Positions 12,511 through 24,492 of a stretch of DNA of 64,000 bases are shown piece after piece. The stretch is from Trichosphaerium sp. ATCC 40318 (Eukaryota; Protista; Tubulinea). The position numbers and the translations under genes are program-made. The stretch spans positions 62,001 to 126,000 of the forward strand of contig JALMLS010000361.1 of NCBI GenBank assembly GCA_038496445.1, written 5' to 3'. Position 1 is the first letter of the stretch; each line of letters opens with the position of its first letter. Under the pieces are notes generated by a model. That model did no database searches and was not told the DNA's origin. It saw only the letters and a list, made by a program, of their open reading frames with translations.

Positions 12511-15500
12511 TTACAAAGATATTACAACATCTTGCCACCATTTTGGATATTTACATTGTTACCCTCGTTCATATAATACAATCCAATCAGACAGCACTTT
12601 ACAGAATTTACAAATCTTACTTCTTTCCTCAAGGTTGCTTCAAAGAAGCAACAAAAAAGGAAAAAAAAGCTTACTTCAATAAATATTTACAAGTCAGTTT
12701 AGAAAACAAATGAGGCCTATGTGCATGCTTAGGAGGAAAAACATAAAGCATACAACCATCACTATTAATCTTACAAGCCGTATTATGCTTACGCATACGT
12801 TCAAGAAGATTAACATAGTCATGCTCTGATTGCTTTGTATTATGTAAAAACTCTCCATAAAATGTCGCCCATTTCTGGGATGCTTTACGGGCCTCACTTG
12901 CATCAACCTCCTTGGCTTTCACTACTGTATCTCTATACAATTAAATAAGCAAAAAACGAAGCTAGATGGTTCATTGTACGTACATTTGTACTCTAGCATC
13001 AGCAGAGAAGATTGTAAACAAAGGACGGAAAACTTGTTCATCTTTAGGACAAAAACAAAAAGTCGCTTGCCACCGACTAATCTCTTGTTCTCCATAGTCA
13101 ACAAACTCTTCATTCGTTTCACGTTTAGGAGATTCTTTCCTAGTCGGAGAAAAAGTTCCTTCATCATCACTTTGTACAGGAGGAAAGGTAAAACCGTGTG
13201 CAGCTGCTGACGCCATGCTTCGTAAAAAAGTTAGCTTGAACAACACAAAAAAATGGTTGTCTGACGTACAAAGTCCCATGTTGCTCAGATATTCCTATCT
13301 GAGAACAATCTTTTTGTGAAGAAAGAACATTTGTATCTTGCGAATCAATATCTGAAGATTTAGGCGAAGCATCCATTGAAGGTTTTTGGGACTCGTAATA
13401 CGGGTCGGTTTTAATTACAGCTCCTTCTTTCCATTCTTTCGCTCTGTGAGCTTCTTTCCTGGCTTTTCGTAGCTCTGCAACCTTCGCCTTAAGAAAGAAA
13501 AAAGTCAGAAAAAAAAAATACTTTTCTCTCGTTTTGTGTTTCTTCACTTTGCAATTAAAATACCAAGGCTCACCTGTACATTATCAAACTCTATTGTATT
13601 CCGAGCAGTAGAGTATGGAATATAGTATTCAACTATTTTCTCATCTTTTTCGATAGTAGTAAAGGCACGACCCTTAACACCAATAAAATTATGCCTAGCA
13701 AGAACATCGCTGAAGTAAACAAATCCTGTGCGTTTTCCCGTTTTGACTGTTGTCACGTAACAATGTATACTAGTTGAACATAAATACTTTATACCTCATT
13801 AAATGTAACACAAAAAAACATAAAAAAAAGCTGAAAAGGGAAGGTTATGCATAAGCAAGACGTACTAGGAAATACTGTACTCATCCAAAAATTTCCTGAG
13901 GTTTTCAATTGAACCACCAAAATTGGTTACTACTGCGTAGTTAGGGTTTGGAGATTTCTTCCCTAATGAAAGTAAGTATTTAAGATAATTATAAAATAGA
14001 CAACAGTAAAAAAAAAAAAAGCCCACCCACGTACCAACACCTCTTTGTGGAAAATCATAAAGGTCATTTTTCAAGCCATCAATAAACTTATTCGATACTG
14101 AAATTAATCTGATTTCCCACCCTGTATTACCATTACTATACGGATATTTGCCATTCATTTCCAAGGCTGTTAAAGTGTCCTATTAATCTCAGGTAAGCTA
14201 AGAATACCACACAAAAAAAATCTTCTCTCTTGATGAGACTGACATCAACAGTGGTGATAAAAACAAAAGGTACCTCCATTGTTTCGAATTTGAGAAACAA
14301 AGATCCCAAATTCATAGTATTGTGGCGTGAAAAATAAGCTTTCATACTTTTTGGTGCCTGTTCACATTCTTTAAATAAAAGCTCAACATGAAGCGCTGTA
14401 ACCCTTGATGGAACCTCTAACAATTGAAGTGTATTATTATTGTTCTTTTTAACGGAGGCTATACGGTCTTCTTTGGTTGATACTAAACAAGAGTCAACAA
14501 CGAATAAGCATATCAAAAGAAAAAAAAAAAAAAAGAGAACCAATCAAAACTGTTGTATTCAAAATACGCACAGCCTCGCCGTGCTGGCCGGGTTTTTTGT
14601 GATGGTGGTTGGTATGTGACAGTATTACGTGAGTATGATCGTCCAGTCCTGTCCCTGTGAGCTATTGATGCACTTCTGTATAATTTTGGAGGAGACCTTC
14701 TACGAGGTGGCGCATATCTTCTTTTCTTAGACTCTCTCGATGATCTCCGATGGTGGGGCGACTTTGAATAGCTGTTACTATATGATGAAGCCCTTCTACG
14801 ATACGTTGAAGGACTGGACGGCCTTTTAGAAGTAGACTTTGGTTCTGACCTCGACAAAGACCTTGAAGGCCTTTTATATGTAGACGGACTCTTTGCTGGA
14901 CTTTTGGTGGGCGAAGTATTGGCTGATTTTGATAGGGTTGTTCTCTTCCTCTTTTTACCAGTGATTTGTGGGGAGGAAGAAGGACTCTCCAAGCCTTCAA
15001 GAAAACTCCCATCATATACTTTATCTGACTCTAACCTTGTATCATCCTTGTCCTCACTAGGTCTCTTTGAGGAAGGATCTTTTGTCGGTTCAGGCTCATC
15101 TGTTGGTTCAGGTATTGGAGCATCTGGTGGAGTATTCATCATATCCAAGCCTTCAAGCTCAGGACAATCTTCGTCTTCGTCTTCGTCTTCATCTTCAGAT
15201 AATCCTTCAAGTTGCATAAGAAAATCATTCATGTCGGCATCTGATTCAGTTTGTTCGTCGCTATCATTCGCATTGGATTCACCTTCAATTTCCATGGCAT
15301 CTTCTGAAACGCTAGCATTGTCTCCTACACTCATCTGCAAATTATGCTTTGCTTGTTGTTGCAAAGGTAAAACGATAGCACTATCGTCCTTGTCCAAACC
15401 AGATTCGCCAGCGATAGCTTTTTCAGGTTCATTTAAAGCAACATCGGTGTTCTTTGTAGCATCCTTCTTCGTAGTACTAGCAGTGACGGCAGGTGTCTTG

Positions 15501-18186
15501 TTAGGCTTAGCAATCACCTTGGAGGTTGCCTTGTTCTGGTTTGATTTCCTTCTAGATCCAAAAAGCATGCCAAGTGTACGCTTTTTCTTTGGCTTTCCAG
15601 TTGTTTGTTTTGGAACAAGTTTAGGAACACCTACAGGTATAATAGGAGTGCTATCTGTAATATCTATAACAGTTGTTTCTCCATTCATAGCCAATGTAAC
15701 AGGAACAGATTTACTTGGCTTGCCTTCTCTATTCCTCTTCTTGCTTCTACCAAAAGGATTCAATTTAGAAGAAGGTTTTACTGATTCCTTTATTGTCTTA
15801 GGTAGAAGCTTTCTTCTTTTTGCTGGACTTTCTTCAGGAGCACTACTTTCCCTCTCATTCTCTTGAGGTTTCTCTGGTGACACAGTAGCAAATTTGGTAG
15901 GTTTAGCGGTAGGTGTCGTTGCTGGAGACTTGCTTGGAGATCCCAAAGGTTCTGGCGTAGGCAGTGCTTCTTGCTGTTGTATATGAACTTGTCCAGTTGG
16001 AACATTTGTGGTTGATGAGTTGTGAACTATCGGTGCTGATGTAGGAGCTACAGAAGCTGCTCTTTGTAGAGAAGTGGCGAGCGTTGTACGAATGGGAATT
16101 TCTGTCTCAATACCCGTTTGTGGTTCGGTTACTTGAGCAACCTCAGTTCTAGACGTAGACGTAGGAACAGCAGAACGTCGTGCACGAGGAGGTGGTGTAG
16201 TTGCTCTAGGATTAACATCACGTGATGGTTGTTGTACTGCTGGCGCTGGAATCAATTGTGGCATCGCATCTTGCTATATTTGTTTAATAACCTTGTAGAT
16301 TGAAATATTTTTTTCATATTACGTACTGAAGCTTGTGTTGTATGCTCAACTTGCATTGGATCATCTTGTACCGTTGGAACAACTTCTTGTTGTTGTGTAT
16401 CAGTTAAAAAATGTTCCAGTGGGTAGACTGGAAGCATAAGTTCAGCAGCATCCGTTATTTCAGGTTGTTCTGCTGGTGGCGCAACTACAACGTTTGGAAC
16501 TATTCTAACATGTGCTGGCAAGTCACCATTCTCAGACTGTTCATATGTCTTACTACTGTCTTCATCATAAGTAACTTCGTATAATATACCCTTGTCATTT
16601 GTAGAATAATCAGTAAGTACACCAGGATACCAAGTTTCTAGACACAAAAAAAAGTTAAGCTGGTTCTTTAGATTGATTACTTTATGCGTACCATCGTTCT
16701 CCCAATATACTTCTACTGCCTTGCCCACATACTGAGATTGATCAATGACTTGTGGTAGGGCCTATAGTGGGTTAGTAGGATGTCACCATAGCCAAGGAAA
16801 GGCATTATTTTCTGAACTCTACAAAAACCTGTAACGTACTTGAACGATATTTACTGGGTCTTCTCCAATAATGGCGTAAAGCGAATGTTGCAGAATAACT
16901 TCTTGGGTAAAATGTGAGGAAACTAAAGTAGTTCAACAAACTTAGTACCTGTATCATTCCATTTAGAAGACGCTCGTAAAGCTCTTAAATCGCCATCTTG
17001 CGCTCCAACTCTCGTTGCAGGTGAAGGGTTCGCAAGTATAGACCTGCCGTACTGAATGTACAAGAACACGTAGCCTGATACTTCGGTGTTGAAGGAGCGA
17101 TGTGGTGATAAAGGAAACCAGTTACCAACCGCACCACAGTTTGAGAGTTGAACTAATAACAGTAAATAACAGCGTTAGAGAACGTTTCTGGTACAAAAGA
17201 AAAAAAACGGTTTTTTTGACACAAACAAGTAGTTAAAAATAAATATCTCCTTTCGAGTGATAAGCTAGGTAGAAAATCTGGGTATAGAAGCGTATGAGGT
17301 GTTCTAAAAATGAGAAGCCGACACACGGAGTTATTAGTAAACTTTTACCTTTATTAAGCTTAATGGTGACTGTACCCAAGAAGCGATGCCCTATGCGGCT
17401 CCACAACGTTACCTGGTGTTTGTTAATAAAAGATTACGAAAGTTTTTTTCGGTTCAACGGTTATTTACTTACTCGTACACCTCCAAGAAGATTGACTCTA
17501 CTGAGGGGGTTGTTAGAAATTGTAGATTAATCACATCGTCTACGCACTAGTTAAAGGTCTCCTCCCAAAGAGGCTCATTACCATGGCTAGTCATAGTCTG
17601 CATAGGAGTGGTTATGGGGTCACCAGATGTAGACAGTAGTGCTATTGTGCAATAGGGTTGAAGCCTACAATAAGTTAAAACAAACGAATTTGTCTTATCT
17701 ACGCGCCTATTCCCCGCTAGCTTCTTGGCTCGCATAACTAACACTGTTTAGAATTTATGGTACGTTCATACTTTAATTACCTTTAATTCTGAAGGGCTTT
17801 GTTGGTGGAGCAGTATCTATGTGGTTCACAGTAGTAGGAAGCCTTATCACACCTAATTATCACAATTATTCATTTGTGTTTTCGTTATTCTCGAAAAGCC
17901 CACTACGTACGTCTTGGATCATTAGTGGGGTATACACAGCGAACAGAAAACATGGAACAACTGCTACATGGAGAACGCCCATCACAAAAGCGAGCGTTCG
18001 CAATACAACCAGTACATGTACTTTGGAAGTTGCAGGCTCTCATAACAGCTCAAATTACGGACGTATTACCAAATAAAGGACCAGAGGATACAGCTTCGAA
18101 GAACGTTTGTTTAATTTGCTAATTTCTTTGAGAAAAAAACAGAACAAATTCAAGGCTATTCAACCATTCACCTCTTTCTAATCAAT
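12511..18186 (-). CDS. Large multidomain nuclear protein: Zn2Cys6 - C2 - Tudor - Pro/acidic/RS-rich disordered region - 2 RRM-like - SPOC-like (probably the C-terminal part of the cyclin gene)
   Basis: In-phase GT-AG exon chain. Zn cluster CTGCIANARFCDGRSPCSSCSMFSVRC. C2 (PYCTI..NEPLWEETF..RFLGTVTI..WFPL..VSG). Tudor (VGKAVEVYWENDETWYPG..YEVTYDED). RNP1-like RTGFVYF. C-terminal ..LYVFPP..CLIGLYY. 5' end uncertain; a free-standing ATG exists at 18043. Confidence 0.7.
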
Positions 18187-18260
18187 CTATGAAACTTGAT
18201 TGACAGCAACCACAACCAAAGTAGACTTTGGTCCAAAGTTATTGATTTTTTATATTTTAT

Positions 18261-19474
18261 TTACACATCAAATACAGTCTTTTGTACATACTCCACGGCT
18301 ACACACTCCTCTTGCGGTAAGCTACCATAAGAGGCCACGTGCTTTTTTAGTCAAAACCGAAAATTGGCGGAAAAAAAAACCGCCATTCTCTGACACCCCT
18401 CTTTTGTTCTCAAAAACGCTTTACGAATATGCATCTACCATTCTAGAGGAAATCTCTGGTTGTCAAAAAGTGAGAAACAATAAAAAACGGATTTGTAAAA
18501 ATGTTACCTTTCACCTCTGCTTCGCTTGTATTGAACGCAGTGAACCAAATACCGCGATTTGGTTTAGATGTCACTTCAGAGTCTATTTCAACCGTCAATA
18601 TTTTTGAAGCAAGGTATAGAGCAGCGCAAGCAATTTTGTATGCTGGAACTTCAACGCAGAGTGTTGTAACCAAATTGTCATTGACGATATTCTAAGGAAA
18701 AGTCAAAAAAAAGAAATTTGTAAAGATGACTTCTTTCCGCACCCACGCAGTTTGAACTACCTCAGATTGAGCCCTCAACGCTTTGGCATAATTCAATAGA
18801 TATTTATAAGGCAGTTCGCATTGTATAGAGTACCTACAGGTACAAAGGATGTCAATTCAAAATTTTCAATTTCAGTTACATACCCAAGGGTGCGTAACAC
18901 GTATTGCTCCATGCTGATGATCTCATCACGTAAATCATAGTACCGTCGGTTACTGCCATCCTCTAGACGCAAAGGAGGTGCTTGTGGATTACGCATACGA
19001 TGTACAACGTTTATAATATCGCGTAGACGTCTTGTAGTTTCTGTAGATTTACCAGCCAAGTAGAGAAATGTTTTAGCCATTAACTATTGGTGTAAGCGCG
19101 TAATTTGTTGCGTATGGACTTGTTAGTACGTCAGGAGACATCTTATTGATGGTGTGGATCGTAAAAAAGCGATGCATTAGCACTGTAGCGACAGCTATGG
19201 TATTCTGAGGACTAAATAATTATTAAATTCTCAAAAACGCTTGTTTATACTCGTACAGCGCTAATCTACGCGCAACGCGTCTCATAAATGAGGCAAGGCG
19301 GCTTCTATATTCATTTTCTTCTTTTCAAGGATAGAAATAAGTAACAGGTACTCTAACTGTACTGTAGGCAATAGGTTGATAGGAACTAGTTTACATACCT
19401 TTTCGAGAGTACCCGTTTTTGCGAGAAGGCGTTTCTTCCAGCTGTTTCGCGTCAAACACTTGCTGGTGTGCCAT
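18261..19474 (-). CDS. Transcriptional cyclin (cyclin L/K/Q family), short form
   Basis: TPSRKNG, ATVLMHRFF, LYLAGKSTETTRRLRDIINV, EQYVLRTLGY..ELPYKYLL, VQTAWNIVND, IACAALYLA. Unspliced read-through stops at 18261-18263, followed by AATAAA. Confidence 0.88.
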
Positions 19475-19809
19475 TCTGCAATGCCAAAGTAATTTGTGTT
19501 GCTGACTGGCAGTTGACTTTGATGTCACATTTTATTGAAAAGTAAAACTGGTAGAGGGCACTGACGCGCTTTAACTTTAAAGAAACAAATGCAATGTGCA
19601 AAGTGTCACTTTTATTGCAACACATTAAAAAAATTGTACAGCTGCTACAACTGCCGGCTGCTACAAAGTCGCTTTGTGAAATATATGTATAGACCCTATA
19701 TATGGGGTGTTGCTTTTAACTGCCGTGTCTGTGCGTAGCGTTCGTTCTTTCGTTCGGAGCAATTTTTCCGGTTTTTGTACATTTGTTGTTACATGATTGA
19801 CAGTAGCGT

Positions 19810-20221
19810 TCACTCGTTTTCGCCGTAGTAGTCTGCGTCTTTGGCCTTGCCGTACCAATCATCTTTTATTTTTTTATCGTTACTTTCAAAGCCCAAAGTA
19901 CCCATTTCTTCCTCTAACATAAGGCCCTACGAACGTAGTGAGACGCTGTCACTATTTGGTTGGCAGTGAGTTCAAAATTGGCATACCTTGTCCATACGGC
20001 ATTGTAGGTACGCCTGGGCTGCTTGTCTGCAATCTCTGGTTATTCCATCGGTTTTTGCGATACAAGCCAAGTAAGCCTTTTGAATATCAGAACATTCGCC
20101 CAGGTGATCCAAGGGAAACGAACCTAGATGTTTGTGTAAGCTTTTTGTCCGAGTCATACTACATTTTCATATTACCCTTCTGGGGAGGTGATAAATTCAA
20201 CTTTCTCCTTGGTGTGGCCAT
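19810..20221 (-). CDS. COX19: Cytochrome c oxidase assembly protein COX19 (twin CX9C)
   Basis: PPQKGSFPLDHLGEC..YLACI..CRQAAQAYLQCRMDKGLM..LGF; 3 exons. Confidence 0.92.
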
Positions 20222-20377
20222 TGAGAGTATTTTTTGACAGGCTGTTAAAGTGTAGTCAACGAACAGTCTTTTTCTTAATAATTACAATATTGTGGGAAAA
20301 CACGTAGAAGTGGTTAAAATATAATTTCCAAGAGTATTGTTGCGTTTATACGCCAAACACCAGACATAATTCAATAA

Positions 20378-22375
20378 ATGGCATCAAACGATCTCTTTTT
20401 TGTAGACACAAAGGGCTCCAGGAAGCACCAGCAACATGATACAGATTTACATGACAATGAGGTCGAAGATGATCTCTTTGTTGTTGACACGAAGGGTACA
20501 AGCATAGGCGACGCAGAATACGCTTCTGGGGACAAACAGACGAAAACCCAACAAAAAGCTGGTATATAACTTACGAACACTTACAATATCGCGAAAACAG
20601 CGTATTTAACGCTTTATTCTTACTTGGTTTTAGGCAAAAAATCTAGAAACCAACAAAAAAATAAAAGAAGAGGCTCCCAAACGAACAAGGCTTCACAATT
20701 AGATGATAACATGGAAATGTCTAGTATTCAACAAATTTTGGAAGATAACGAATTTGAGTATGATGAAGAGCTAGCAGCCATGGACGTAGACATAGAAAAC
20801 GCGAATAAAAAGCAAAAAGCAAAGACTACAAAAAAGGTACTAGGCTGTTTTTCTTTGGTCTTTATTGATTTTAAGCGTATTTCTAACTTACTCTAGCCTT
20901 CCAAAACAAAACCTGCAAAGTATAAAAAGCCTTCGCCAAAGGTATTAGCAACGTGGGAGGCATCTGCAGAAGAAAGGCGCCTTGCAAAGCTTTGTACACC
21001 ACTTTTACAAAAATTAAATTTGAGTGACACATTGTACGTATCTTGACAAGCTTCTTTTCATTGAAATTATAATGTCACATTTGTCTAATTCGAATCCTAA
21101 CGTATTTTCAAATAGGGAGAAGGGAGAAAAAAAATCAGGACTTGGTGTGTACGTTCAGTAGTATTGCTTTTGTTTTTTTCTTTCTATTTTTCTGAAATGT
21201 AACATTTTTTTTTTCCGATTTCGTATCTGGTAGCGTCTTTTCCTATCGTTTTTTGGTCGGGTCGTAGAAACCATACTTCTATATACCAACCAAAGGGATG
21301 ATAGTGTAATTGGCAGCACCGCACGTTTGGAACGTGTTAATCTGGGTTCAAGTCCCAGTCGTCCAGTTAAAAATACTTGTATTTTTTTATTTATGGAAAG
21401 TTCAACGAATAGTTTAATTTACAACCTACTTAGAGCAAATCGCTTACACTACCTGACAGAAAAGAAACTTTACTTTGAATTACCAAAATATCGTTTATTC
21501 AAACCACTTCCTGTTCAACTTACAGGAGGTATCTCATGGTTTGCTGTACGCTATTTTTTATAGATTTGAGATTTGATTTGGAGGACTAATGTATTTGTTA
21601 AGGCTGAAGAAGCAGATGCGTTCTTGAAAAAAGCAGATTTACAACTTGCTGTTGAATCCGAAAGGGTTGCCAGGTCATTGTCAAAGAAGGGTGCTAAGAA
21701 GCTGAAGAAAAAAAGAAATGAAGAAGTTCTTAAGGTAAGTCACATAATAGCTGAGACTATTTTGCTTTACTTTATGAATTATAGCTTTGATCTAATATGA
21801 TTTATAGGGATGGAATCTACCTCGCGTAGAGATGACTCCAGAAAAGAAAAAAGAAATGCAGATAGCAGCTCTAAGGTACTTTAGTTGTCACTTTGTTTTT
21901 TGTTAACTTTTGTTTTAAAGACGTTATGCCGGAGGTATTAATACCTTACGTGGTACTAACGAATACACTGTACCTACACATTTTCATGAGGGATACATTG
22001 AATATGGTGCGCACTATTGAATATCAGCATAATTGTTAAAACAACCGTTGCTACCACAGCACGCTAGTTTATTCTCATGTTTCCTTTTTTTCTCTTCTAA
22101 CAAATTCTTCAGGACCTCAAGATTATTACAATAGAGTATCAAAGAAAGACCGTAAACAAAGTATTGCTGATGAGATCATTCAATCTGATGAGTTTAAGGA
22201 ATATAAAAAACGGTATGCACTACAAAAGTATTCACCAAACGCCAGCGCACTACTGCCTAGTTCTTTATCTTCAAGTGCTATTGTTATTTTAATTAATTTA
22301 ATGTTTAGGAAAATGGCAGCTATTGCTGAGTTCCAGCAAACTAAGAGAAGGAAGGTTAAGAGATACAACGTGTAA
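20378..22375 (+). CDS. FCF2: Fcf2/DNTTIP2 pre-rRNA processing protein
   Basis: C-terminal WNLPRVEMTPEKKKEMQIAALR..PTHFHEGYIEYGPQDYYNRVSKKDRKQSIADEII..FKEYKKRK. N-terminal DLFxVDTKG occurs twice. Confidence 0.8.
21295..21366 (+). tRNA. Atypical tRNA with TGG (Pro) anticodon inside an FCF2 intron (possibly tRNA-derived or pseudo)
   Basis: Full cloverleaf: GGGATGA/TCGTCCA, D arm GTGT-AATTGGCA-GCAC, anticodon arm GCACG-TTTGGAA-CGTGT, T arm CTGGG-TTCAAGT-CCCAG. A T-run lies about 16 nt downstream. Confidence 0.75.
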
Positions 22376-22688
22376 AATAATTAATATTTTTAAACATTCA
22401 TTCAAAATGTTGTGTAAAAGCACGTGATACGTTTTGGGCACTCGTAGCTAGTATAACAACAATGCATACGAGAAGATATGTTGCAGACTCAGTTTTTTCT
22501 GTCACTGGAATTTTTAACTACCCTTCACTGAAAAGTCAGTTCAATTGAGCCGTGCAACTATTAAACATGTTTTCTAAGTCCATCTAGGTCTACGTAGACA
22601 TTTGCTATTTACTCGTCCTTGTAGCTGGCCGTCTATTCTTCATTACGCTTGTAGAACCAGAAAGCATGAACCAAATCCAGGTAGAAGT

Positions 22689-23139
22689 TCAAGTGTCCTA
22701 GGCGGTTCCATCTGTGGCAAGGCGTTGGTATAGTAGTTGCCGTGATAACGCTTTGTATCGTTTTTGTTGGTTTCAATACAGGTCCTACGTATATCTTAGT
22801 GGCGAGTGAGGATAGTGCACCTTCTACTTCCTCCCAATCGGCCGACCGAGCACTTTTAAGCATCAAATGGCACTAGTGACATCAGCACGACCAACACGCG
22901 TCGATAATCCCGCAGACAATCCTACAGTAGATTTAAAAGTAGAATCTACAGAAGTTCCAGAATTTACAGTGTACTGTGACAGTATTGACCCAGAGGATCC
23001 CGAAGGTGTGTCTTCAAATTACAATGACACGAACCCAAGATATGTTGATCGCGAACTTGTTTATAAGCGGTACTTGCTTGTAGTTGAGTACGTCAAAACT
23101 GTTGACAGCATAGGCTTTCTTGTCTTTTTCTTAGTTTAG
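22689..23139 (+). CDS. Possible small single-pass membrane protein (model incomplete)
   Basis: Segment QGVGIVVAVITLCIVFVGF can be spliced to the acidic ORF 22867-23139. Ends unresolved. Confidence 0.3.
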
Positions 23140-23304
23140 CTCCCTAGTACTTGCGTTTATTGATTGATTAGTCGTTTGTTGTCTTTATAAGAGACAGTCT
23201 GTATACGTGTTTCAAAAGCGAAACAACAATTTAGAGGTCTCAAAAAAAACCCTTTGAAAAAAAAAACTTACCCTAAAGCCTTTATTTCTGTATAGTTGTA
23301 CAGT

Positions 23305-24492
23305 TTAAAAAAATGTCAAGGTTGACACGAGACGTTTTATTTCCAGCTCCTCCTTTTTCTGAGGCGTTACATATTTATAAGTATCTACTCTAGGTCCAGG
23401 AGGGCACACTAATTCTATACAATCTGATTCTTGATCTGTCAAAGCAAAGAAATTCCATTTCTCGTCTTGTTTCTTTAAAGGCAAAGTTAATCTTCCTATT
23501 TGCAAACATTAATAAAATCGCCTCTCTGCGTTCAGCTACAATTCATACCAACTTCAGTTCCATTGAAATAAAATGCTACTTCTCTTTTTTCAAGGTCCAT
23601 AAGTACACCTATTTTATCACCACTGTTATATGTTGGTACTACTTTTCTATCTTCTCGAATGCCTTTCCCCAAATAGTCAAAAGTATTCCTTCCTGCACTG
23701 TAAAAGAGTTAAAAATGTATGTGGATATTCAAGGTACGTACTTATCTACATATGCTATAGTATTGGGATGTGTGTCTATTCTCCAAGTTTCAACCTACAA
23801 AGCTACGCCTTAATACGACTTAAAAAATTTGACTTTAAAATAGGGTTTTGTTTTGTTTTGTACCTTTTGAAGTGCTTCACTGTCATTGGTAACGCCTAAC
23901 CACATTTCATCGGACATGGTGATGATATAAAACTCAATATACCTGACCCCAGCCGTCATATCAGGCTTTACAATTGCAATAGTTGCATCTGGGTGATTAC
24001 CTTTTTTAATAATTCTATGATAGAATTGTCCTTCGAAAGTCAAGTGTTGAGCGTTTATCGATGAGTCGAATTTAAACTCTGTCTTTAAAGGGTTTTAGTC
24101 AAATAGCAATACAAATGAGCCAATAAGTACCAGTGCTTTATACCAGGCTTTCCAACCATTAGTAGACGCATCAATAGGTTCTAATGATAGAGTTTAGCTT
24201 AAATAAAGTTAAAACAGTCCATACGTGTACAATGAGGGCGCCAAATACTATTTTCAGACGCTGCTACGCACCATTGCTTCGAAATTGTTGATATTCGTCC
24301 AAGCTTGTTTAATGGCACGAAAGATAGAAGGTGTATGAACATTTCGTATGGTAGTGCTGTATAGAAGAATTAAAAGAGGTAAAAAGAAGAAGAAATGCAA
24401 ACTGGTGCTACAGGACTCTGCTAGCGTCTGCATTGTGTCTATTTTGTAAAAATACCATCTAGACTATCTACACTCTGATCAGGAGCTGCCAT
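23305..24492 (-). CDS. F-box + SPRY domain protein (FBXO45-like architecture)
   Basis: F-box LPYEMFIHLLSFVPLNKLGRISTISKQW..SENSIW. SPRY GVRYIEFYI..MWLGV..GDKIGVLMDLEKREVAFYFNG. Start at 24433 or 24492. Confidence 0.8.

Noticed and set aside
14904-15866. 320-aa + strand ORF
   Set aside because: Antisense shadow of the long low-complexity exon on the minus strand.
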